Translations under genes and position numbers: made by a program | Assembly (NCBI GenBank): GCA_031554275.1 | Contig: JAVBKB010000130.1 | Coordinates: 1 to 22,480, forward strand | DNA length: 22,480 bases | From: Bacillales bacterium | GTDB lineage: Bacteria; Bacillota; Bacilli; JARBTR01 | Reading direction: 5' to 3' | Shown here: positions 15,955-22,480 of the stretch, piece after piece | How positions within the stretch are numbered: the stretch's first letter is position 1 | Layout: each line of letters begins with the position of its first letter | Notes under the pieces: generated by a model | What the model saw: only the letters and a program-made list of their open reading frames with translations | Database searches by the model: none | Told to the model about the DNA's origin: nothing

Positions 15955-18213
15955 ATGATTAAAAGAAGTAGAATAATTGCATTTGTTCTGATTGTGGGTT
16001 GTCTAGGCGGAATATTTGCATGGACAGTTGAACCAATAATGAAGAACGTAAGTTTAGGTTTAGATCTTCAAGGAGGATTTGAAGTTCAGTATCAAGTTGA
16101 CCCTGCTAAAGAGGGGCAAACAATTAATGAAGAAGCACTAAAGGCAACTGCAAGCGCACTTAACCGACGAGTTGACGTTCTTGGAGTCAACGATCCAAGC
16201 ATCAATATTGAAGGCGAAACAATACGTGTCCAGCTTGCAGGCGTGAAGGATGCAGATAAAGCAAGAAAAATACTGTCAACAGAGGCTAATCTGACGTTAC
16301 GTGATTATCAAGACAAGGTAATGCTTGATGGTGCTGACTTTGTGGAGAACGGCGCTTATGCTGGTTATAATGACCGCAATCAGATCTGTGTTTTCATCAA
16401 GTTAAAGGACGCTAGCAAATTCTATAATGTAACGAATGAAGTATATGGTAAGCCGGACAAGGCATTGGTCATTTGGTTGGATTTTGAAGAAGGTGTCGAT
16501 TCATATGCCACTGAGAAGGTCAAAGCCAAACCTAAGTTTATCTCCGCACCAGGTGTAAATGATGGTCCAATTAATAGTGAAACAGCAACAATTTCGGGAA
16601 GTTTCACCATTCAAGAAGCACAAGAACTTTCTGAAATCCTTAATGCTGGGGCACTACCAACAAAGTTAACTGAGATCTATTCGACATCAGTGGGAGCACA
16701 GTTTGGTAAGAATGCGTTAGATCAAACAATGCTAGCAGGCATAATTGCTTTGGCACTTGTATTTGCATTTATGATTTATTTCTACCGATTCCCTGGTTTT
16801 CTGGCATGTATTACATTAACAATATATTGTTATGTCATGATTTTTGTTTTTGAAAAGATCAATGGTGTGCTAACCCTACCAGGTATTGCCGCCTTGATTC
16901 TTGGAGTGGGTATTGCTGTTGATGCCAATATCATTGCTGATGAACGGATTAAGGACGAGCTTAGAAAAGGTCGAACGGTTAAAGCAGCATTCAAAGAAGG
17001 TAATAAACACTCGATCGCTACAATCATTGATGCTCACGTAACAACACTTATTGTCTCGATTGTTCTCTTTATCTATGGTACAAGTTCTGTTAAAGGATTC
17101 GCAACAATGCTGTTTATCAGTATCATTGTTGGTTTCTGTACTGCAGTATATGGTACAAGAGGATTAATGAAGCTTTGGGTAGATAGCAATTTCTTAAACA
17201 ATCGTTTAGGCTGGCTCCATGTGAAGAAAAGCCAAGTCCTCAAACTCAAAGATGTCAATAATGACTTAGATATCCCGACACGTTTTGATAAATACGATTT
17301 TATCAAGCATAGTAAAAAATTCTTTATTGTTTCACTAGTACTCACAGTTGTCGGAATCGGCTCCCTTTTCATCTCAGGTCTTAATACGAGTATTGACTTC
17401 TCAAGTGGATCGCGGATTGAAGTTGTTTCTGATAAATCCGTTTCTGTAGATGTAGTTAAAGAAAAGTTTGATGAATTGGGGATTAAGGTTGATGATGCGA
17501 TCACGGCAGACGCAGGCGCAGGCAATGAATCCGTTATTGTGCGAGTCAAAGGAGAGCTCTCCCAAGACCAAGTACTTCAAGTGAAGTCAACGATGAGTTC
17601 GACGTTTGGGCATGAACCAAATATTAGTACAGTTTCATCCATCATTGGAAAAGAGCTTGCAAAGAATGCTTTGATATCAGTACTAATTGCTTCCATTGGG
17701 ATCATTATCTATATAACAATTCGATTTGAGTGGAGAATGGCAATCGCAGCAATTGTTTCACTTCTGCATGATGCATTCTTTATCGTCACGGTTTTCAGCT
17801 TGATCAGGTTTGAAGTTGACTTAACGTTTATTGCAGCCGTTCTGACGATACTTGGTTATTCAATCAATGATACAATTGTTACCTTTGACCGTATTCGTGA
17901 GAATATGAAAAAAGCAAAGAAAATCCGATCCAAAGAAGAGGTTGCTCGGATTGCGAATATCAGTATTCGTCAAACCTTGAGACGATCTATTAATACTGTT
18001 GTGACCGTTATCTTAACAGTACTGGCGATGCTCATATTTGGAAGTCATGCGATCTTCAACTTTAACTTCGCATTACTTGTGGGCTTGATGATTGGTATGT
18101 ATTCTTCGGTTCTGATTGCAGTGCCGATTTGGGTTTTCTTGAAAGGAAAACAGGTTTCCAAAACAGGTGGCATCAAGACTGAACCGAAAAAGAGTATCGA
18201 AGGAACTGTGTAA
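15955..18213 (+). CDS. secDF: Protein translocase subunit SecDF (fused SecD/SecF).
   Basis: The 752-aa product has the N-terminal TM and periplasmic P1 domain (LDLQGGFEVQYQV) and two 6-TM bundles. The fused SecDF form is typical of Bacillales. Confidence 0.95.
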   Translation: MIKRSRIIAFVLIVGCLGGIFAWTVEPIMKNVSLGLDLQGGFEVQYQVDPAKEGQTINEEALKATASALNRRVDVLGVNDPSINIEGETIRVQLAGVKDADKARKILSTEANLTLRDYQDKVMLDGADFVENGAYAGYNDRNQICVFIKLKDASKFYNVTNEVYGKPDKALVIWLDFEEGVDSYATEKVKAKPKFISAPGVNDGPINSETATISGSFTIQEAQELSEILNAGALPTKLTEIYSTSVGAQFGKNALDQTMLAGIIALALVFAFMIYFYRFPGFLACITLTIYCYVMIFVFEKINGVLTLPGIAALILGVGIAVDANIIADERIKDELRKGRTVKAAFKEGNKHSIATIIDAHVTTLIVSIVLFIYGTSSVKGFATMLFISIIVGFCTAVYGTRGLMKLWVDSNFLNNRLGWLHVKKSQVLKLKDVNNDLDIPTRFDKYDFIKHSKKFFIVSLVLTVVGIGSLFISGLNTSIDFSSGSRIEVVSDKSVSVDVVKEKFDELGIKVDDAITADAGAGNESVIVRVKGELSQDQVLQVKSTMSSTFGHEPNISTVSSIIGKELAKNALISVLIASIGIIIYITIRFEWRMAIAAIVSLLHDAFFIVTVFSLIRFEVDLTFIAAVLTILGYSINDTIVTFDRIRENMKKAKKIRSKEEVARIANISIRQTLRRSINTVVTVILTVLAMLIFGSHAIFNFNFALLVGLMIGMYSSVLIAVPIWVFLKGKQVSKTGGIKTEPKKSIEGTV

Positions 18214-18252
18214 AAACTTCTAACAAAACACAATTTTAAAATTAATAATTGA

Positions 18253-18290
18253 GGATAGCTACTGTGCAAACAGCAACTATCCTTTCTTAT
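18253..18290 (+). terminator. Terminator after secDF.
   Basis: GGATAGCTACTG-tgcaaa-CAGCAACTATCC forms a stem of 10 bp out of 12, followed by TTTCTTAT. Confidence 0.5.
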
Positions 18291-18332
18291 AAGAAAAAAC
18301 TTTTTGAAAAAATTTCTTAATTGGGGTGCCGT

Positions 18333-20198
18333 ATGAAAAAACCAAGTCTTAAAGAGAGATTGAGTTATCAGTTTGACAAAGTAATGACGAAAGGAACAGT
18401 TGCACTTGTTGGGCTGTTATTTCTGATTACAATTATTGTGATATTAATTGGTGGGTGGATAGCTTCGTGGTTTGTGGATGAAGATGTTTCGATTTGGAAA
18501 TCGCTTTGGTTAAGCTTCAACCATACAATTGATTCTGGGATGCTTGGAGGAGATGAAGGTGGCATATCTTTACTTCTGATCATGTTCATCATAACAATTT
18601 GTGGTATTTTCATTACTAGTATGTTAATCGGGGTGTTGAGTTCTGGTCTAGAATCGAAGTTTACTTCCTTGAGAAAGGGAAAGTCCAGAGTGCTTGAGAA
18701 TGGTCACGTGGTGATCCTTGGATTCAATGATAATGTTTTCCCGATTATTTCTGAACTGTTGATTGCCAATGAGAGTGAGAAGAAGCAGAGCATTGTCGTA
18801 TTTGGTAACGAAGATAAAGAAGTAATGGATGAAGCGATGAGTGCTTATTTTCCTGATACAAAGAATACAACGATTATTTGTAGAAGCGGTGAGACAACTA
18901 GTATTTCGGATTTGTCAGCCTGCTCAATCGAAAGTTGCCGATCAGTTATTGTCAATGAATCAGATGATTTCTCTGTTATCAAAACCATTATTGCTACAGC
19001 CAGTATTATTAAAGATTCGGAGAATTGTAGTGCGTATATGGTTGCGACTGTTCAAAATAAGCGAAATGTCGAGGCAGCAAAAATCGCTGGTGAAGGATTT
19101 GCATATATTCTGTATTTCAAAAGCACAATTGCTCGAATTATTGCACATACTTGCAATCAACCTGGATTGTCTGCTGTTTTTACGGATTTATTCGACTTTG
19201 CAGGGGATGAAATCTACTTTGAAGAATTCCCGCAATTCTATGGAAAAACCTATCAAGAAATTATCTGTTCGTTTGGATCGTCTTCTGTTATTGGTATCGG
19301 AAAAAACAAAGCTACACTTCTTAATCCGAATAATGAAACAGTCTATGATCAGGGTGATCAACTAATCTTGATTGCAGCTGATAATAATGAGTCATCAGCG
19401 CTAGCAAATGCGCCAGCAATCGATGTTAACGCGATCTTGTCAAATACACATCGTACAAATATTACGCCGAAAGAAAATGTTCTTTTCCTTGGCTACAACG
19501 ATTTGTTACTAGAAATAATCGCAGAGCTAGATCATTATGTTGCAGATGGATCGAAGATTTGTATAGCTACGACAGAAGCTTTGCCAGACGAAACAAAGAA
19601 ATTACTAGAAAGCAAATGTAAGAAAATTGATCTTATTCTCAAAGAATGCGACTTATTTACACAAAGTGAGTTGGAAGCACTTGTGAAAGATGCAGTCAGT
19701 ATTGTTTTATTAAGCAATTATGATCAAGACCCTGAGGTATCCGATTCAGAGACATTACTGCTCTTATTACATCTAAGAGATATTTCACTTAAGAAAGGCT
19801 ACAGCTTCTCAATAACAAGTGAGATGATTAAAGTTCGCAACCAGAAACTAGCTAAGGTAGCTCGTGTTAATGATTTTGTTATAAGTAGTAATATTACTGG
19901 CTTGATGGTGGCTCAGCTTTCTCAAAACCAACTGCTATTCAATGTTTTTGAAGATTTGTTAGATAATGATGGTTCAGAAATCTATATGAAACCTGTTGGT
20001 GATTATGTAGATCTAAGCAAGCCTGTTAATTTATTTACAGCTTATCAGGCCGTTGCAAATCGAAATGAAACAATGATCGGTTATAAGCGAATGTCAGGAA
20101 CCAATCAAAGTTATCAAATTACCTTGAACCCAGATAAGCAGGAAGAGATTAAATTTACAGAACAAGATTCATTCATAGTTCTTTCAGAAGAAGGCTGA
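18333..20198 (+). CDS. Two-TM membrane protein with a pore-loop-like segment and two tandem Rossmann-like RCK/TrkA-N domains that lack GxGxxG. This is a CASTOR/POLLUX (DMI1)-related putative ion channel.
   Basis: TM1 (ALVGLLFLITIIVILIGGWIA) is followed by SLWLSFNHTIDSGMLGGDEGG (compare the DMI1 filter ADSGNHA) and then TM2. Two repeats of the V(I/L)(I/F)LG(F/Y)ND..(F/L)..I..EL motif each begin a domain of about 220 aa. Confidence 0.5.
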   Translation: MKKPSLKERLSYQFDKVMTKGTVALVGLLFLITIIVILIGGWIASWFVDEDVSIWKSLWLSFNHTIDSGMLGGDEGGISLLLIMFIITICGIFITSMLIGVLSSGLESKFTSLRKGKSRVLENGHVVILGFNDNVFPIISELLIANESEKKQSIVVFGNEDKEVMDEAMSAYFPDTKNTTIICRSGETTSISDLSACSIESCRSVIVNESDDFSVIKTIIATASIIKDSENCSAYMVATVQNKRNVEAAKIAGEGFAYILYFKSTIARIIAHTCNQPGLSAVFTDLFDFAGDEIYFEEFPQFYGKTYQEIICSFGSSSVIGIGKNKATLLNPNNETVYDQGDQLILIAADNNESSALANAPAIDVNAILSNTHRTNITPKENVLFLGYNDLLLEIIAELDHYVADGSKICIATTEALPDETKKLLESKCKKIDLILKECDLFTQSELEALVKDAVSIVLLSNYDQDPEVSDSETLLLLLHLRDISLKKGYSFSITSEMIKVRNQKLAKVARVNDFVISSNITGLMVAQLSQNQLLFNVFEDLLDNDGSEIYMKPVGDYVDLSKPVNLFTAYQAVANRNETMIGYKRMSGTNQSYQITLNPDKQEEIKFTEQDSFIVLSEEG

Positions 20199-20435
20199 AC
20201 GATACGATTGGATATAAGTCGGGAGAAGCGACAGAAAAGCTGAGATTTGGACAATTTAGCGCAGACGAAATAGTTGCAACATATTGTTCAGATACAATAA
20301 CTGCGACATAAATCCTGTTTGCTTTGAACATCAAAAGGATGTGGAATCCATTTTGGAACAAATTCCGCATTCTTTTTGATTTATCCTATTTATTTCGTAA
20401 TTCGACGAAAAGATTGGTCGATTTCGGAAATATCC

Positions 20436-20757
20436 GCTTTATCCTAATTGTCGATAGAAATGCAACTTATCCTGATTACCGATTAAGATAGCGAATGCTT
20501 TGTGGTAATTTTCCATCTCGCTTTGTTAAAAAAGTGCATAAATATCTAGATATTCGCGCATTTTTTGCCGCGCGAGATGAAAAAATTCCGGACAAATCAT
20601 TCACTATTTTAATCGGTAATCAGGATTAAAACTCGCTAAGATCCCAAATACTTCGTCATAATTTCCTAGGATAGTCCCGCTATCCGTCGTAAATTATTCC
20701 TCGTCTTTGAAAATCTTATCGGAGTTTTAAGTTGTATTTTAACGACAATTAGGATTA
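20436..20757. repeat. Structured intergenic repeat element, copy A (MITE-like). It carries 29-bp terminal inverted boxes (20441-20469 and 20727-20755), a nested 31-bp inverted repeat (20467-20498 and 20598-20628), a 14-bp perfect palindrome and a GC-stem.
   Basis: ATCCTAATTGTCGATAGAAATGCAACTTA (20441-20469) is the reverse complement of TAAGTTGTATTTTAACGACAATTAGGAT (20728-20755), allowing for 2-3 mismatches. The inner arms TTATCCTGATTACCGATTAAGATAGCGAATGC and CATTCACTATTTTAATCGGTAATCAGGATTA pair at 28 of 31 positions. AATATCTAGATATT lies at 20541-20554. Confidence 0.65.
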
Positions 20758-20829
20758 TTTTGATTATTTTCTTTACTTTTAGGCAATTTTTATTAATAAT
20801 AGATACAATCTTTTGAACCGAGGAATCCT

Positions 20830-22431
20830 ATGTATACACAGAAGTTTTATCGACCAAATCAGGTTTTCGAAGACGCCGCAAAGTATGTGAATGACGAATC
20901 TGGAATGGCTTTGATCAAAAAGGCATTTGAATTTGCAGATCGATTGCACAAGGGGCAGTTTCGTAAATCAAGAGAACCATATATTGTGCATCCTACTCAG
21001 GTGGCAGGGATCCTTGTTGAGCTTGAGATGGATCCAGCAACAATTGCTGCTGGGTTTCTTCATGATGTTGTAGAGGACACTGACGCTACACTTGAAGAGA
21101 TTGGTCGTGAATTCAACGAGACGATTATGCATTTGGTTGATGGTGTTACAAAGTTAGGAAAGATCAAATATAAGTCCCAAGAACAAGAACAGGCAGAGAA
21201 TTATCGCAAGATGTTTGTGGCAATGACGAATGATTTCAGGGTCATTATCATTAAATTCGCTGACCGGCTACATAATTTAAGAACACTGAAGCATTTACCT
21301 CCTGAGAAACAAATGAGAATTGCTAATGAGACGCTTGAAATCTTCGCGCCACTTGCAAACCGACTTGGTATTTCCAATATTCAATGGGAATTAGAGGATA
21401 CCGCACTCCGTTTTCTAGACCCATCTCATTATTTCAAGGTAGTCAACTTAATGAAACAGCGAAGCCATGAGCGGGAAAAATATCTCAATATGGTTATGGA
21501 AGAGATCCGCAAAAGCATGGCAGAATCTGATATTGAGGGTGAAGTGTTTGGGCGACCAAAGCATATCTACAGTGTTTATCGGAAGATGGAGATAAAGGGC
21601 AGGCAGTTTGACGAGATTTACGATCTGATTGCAGTTCGTGTTGTCGTTGATAGCATTAAGGATTGCTATGCAGTATTAGGTGCAGTGCACACATTATGGA
21701 CACCAATTAATGGTCGGCTAAAGGACTTTATCGCAATGCCGAAATCAAATATGTATCAGTCTTTGCACACAACCGTGATTGGACCAGAACGCGTGCCATT
21801 TGAAATCCAAATCCGGACTAAAGATATGCACCGTGTTGCACAATACGGTATCGCAGCACATTGGGCGTATAAGCAAGATAAGGATATTAAAAAGAAGAAG
21901 GATGCTGAGAAGAAGCTTGATTTCTTCCGAGAGTTTGTAGAAGTGCAAGAGCAGGATCAGAATGATGATGTTACTTTCTTGCAATCCCTTAAGAATGATT
22001 TGTTCACAGATATGGTCTATATCTATACGCCAAAGGGTGATGTATTTGAGTTGCCGCAGGGGTCAGTGCCAATTGATTTTGCTTATCGGGTTCACTCAGA
22101 GATTGGCAATAAAACGATAGGTGCAAAGATCAATGGAAAGATTGTTCCATTAGATACAGAGCTAAGTACAGGGGATATAATTGAAATTCTTACTGCAAAG
22201 AATTCTTCAGGTCCAAGCCGTGACTGGCTGAAAATGGCGAAGTCAGTACACACACGAAACAAAATTAAGCAGTTCTTTAAGAAGCAAAACCGAGAAGAGA
22301 ATGTTATTAAGGGACGTGATATGCTTGAAAAAGAACTTCGTGATATGGAGATCGAATTCAAGGAAGCATTCGCCTCTGATAATCTAAAACGTATTCTAGA
22401 TAAATATAATTTTCTACACGAAGATGACTGA
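20830..22431 (+). CDS. relA: Bifunctional (p)ppGpp synthetase/hydrolase Rel/RelA. The reading frame is terminated by an in-frame TGA at 22429-22431 (codon 534), after the TGS domain. The protein as encoded lacks the C-terminal ZFD/RIS and ACT/RRM domains.
   Basis: The HD hydrolase motifs (HPTQVAGIL...FLHDVVEDT), the synthetase motifs (RPKHIYSVYRKM...DLIAVRVV...IQIRTKDMHRVAQYGIAAHWAYK) and the TGS domain (VYIYTPKGDVFELPQGSVPIDFAYRVHSEIGN) are all present. Homologues continue for about 200 more residues. The same frame after the TGA encodes YAAIGYSGLNARQVAT. Confidence 0.85.
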   Translation: MYTQKFYRPNQVFEDAAKYVNDESGMALIKKAFEFADRLHKGQFRKSREPYIVHPTQVAGILVELEMDPATIAAGFLHDVVEDTDATLEEIGREFNETIMHLVDGVTKLGKIKYKSQEQEQAENYRKMFVAMTNDFRVIIIKFADRLHNLRTLKHLPPEKQMRIANETLEIFAPLANRLGISNIQWELEDTALRFLDPSHYFKVVNLMKQRSHEREKYLNMVMEEIRKSMAESDIEGEVFGRPKHIYSVYRKMEIKGRQFDEIYDLIAVRVVVDSIKDCYAVLGAVHTLWTPINGRLKDFIAMPKSNMYQSLHTTVIGPERVPFEIQIRTKDMHRVAQYGIAAHWAYKQDKDIKKKKDAEKKLDFFREFVEVQEQDQNDDVTFLQSLKNDLFTDMVYIYTPKGDVFELPQGSVPIDFAYRVHSEIGNKTIGAKINGKIVPLDTELSTGDIIEILTAKNSSGPSRDWLKMAKSVHTRNKIKQFFKKQNREENVIKGRDMLEKELRDMEIEFKEAFASDNLKRILDKYNFLHEDD

Positions 22432-22480
22432 TATGCTGCAATTGGTTATAGTGGATTGAATGCGAGACAGGTTGCAACGA
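22432..22480 (+). other. relA: In-frame continuation of rel downstream of the internal TGA. It encodes the conserved Rel segment and runs to the window edge.
   Basis: The codons read tat gct gca att ggt tat agt gga ttg aat gcg aga cag gtt gca acg, giving YAAIGYSGLNARQVAT. This matches the conserved (D/E)D(L/M)YAA(V/I)GYGG(I/L)..QV motif of Rel proteins, here recalled from memory as B. subtilis EEDMYAAVGYNGITALQVANRL. The frame is open to position 22480. Confidence 0.6.

Noticed and set aside
20280-20500. A cluster of TTATCC(T) motifs and one TGTGGAAT as DnaA boxes, which would suggest an origin-like region.
   Set aside because: The matches reach only 6-7 of 9 positions of TTATCCACA. No dnaA or dnaN gene or AT-rich unwinding element is adjacent, and the motifs are better explained as parts of the inverted-repeat arms of the repeat element.
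22429-22431. Alternative genetic code (TGA=Trp, translation table 4) as the explanation for the in-frame TGA in rel.
   Set aside because: None of the other long ORFs (recJ 798 aa, secDF 752 aa, the 621-aa channel, the 520-aa flippase) contains an internal TGA. Trp is encoded by TGG throughout. TGA also functions as a genuine stop, for example at 6374-6376 directly before the next gene's start. Gene content is Bacillales-like, not Mollicutes.

Overview
This is a low-GC Firmicutes (Bacillales-like) chromosomal window made up mostly of conserved housekeeping genes. The gene order resembles the B. subtilis spoVB–comN–secDF ... recJ–apt–relA neighbourhood, but rearranged.

Genes called, in order:
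- 3' end of a DUF11-repeat surface protein
- DksA/TraR zinc-finger stress protein
- apt and recJ on the minus strand, with a terminator
- class-I aminotransferase operon (PatA/AspB-like)
- LEA/GsiB-like 11-mer repeat protein followed by an internally duplicated hypothetical protein
- three-gene PspA / zinc-ribbon membrane protein / SPFH (Band_7_1) operon (ydjFGHI-like)
- small Pro/Tyr-repeat membrane protein
- dapH
- a lipoprotein
- small membrane protein and a SpoVB/MurJ-like flippase
- ComN-like regulator and SecDF
- a two-TM, tandem-RCK protein (CASTOR/POLLUX-like putative channel)
- a Rel/RelA (p)ppGpp synthetase-hydrolase gene

No tRNA, rRNA or CRISPR arrays were seen.

The most notable observations:
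1. Two homologous, highly structured intergenic repeat elements (about 250-320 bp). They share a 29-40 bp conserved box that occurs three times, twice direct and once inverted, plus a nested 30-bp inverted repeat. One sits immediately upstream of recJ and the other immediately upstream of relA, exactly where the canonical secDF–recJ–apt–relA synteny is broken. This looks like a MITE-like or structured-RNA repeat family that may have mediated the rearrangement.
2. The rel gene is interrupted by an in-frame TGA at codon 534. The same frame then continues into a strongly conserved Rel motif (YAAIGY.GL.A.QVA). This suggests a recent nonsense mutation or truncated allele lacking the C-terminal regulatory domains, opal readthrough, or a sequencing error.
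3. A PspA–zinc-ribbon–SPFH membrane-stress module driven by a near-consensus sigma-A promoter.
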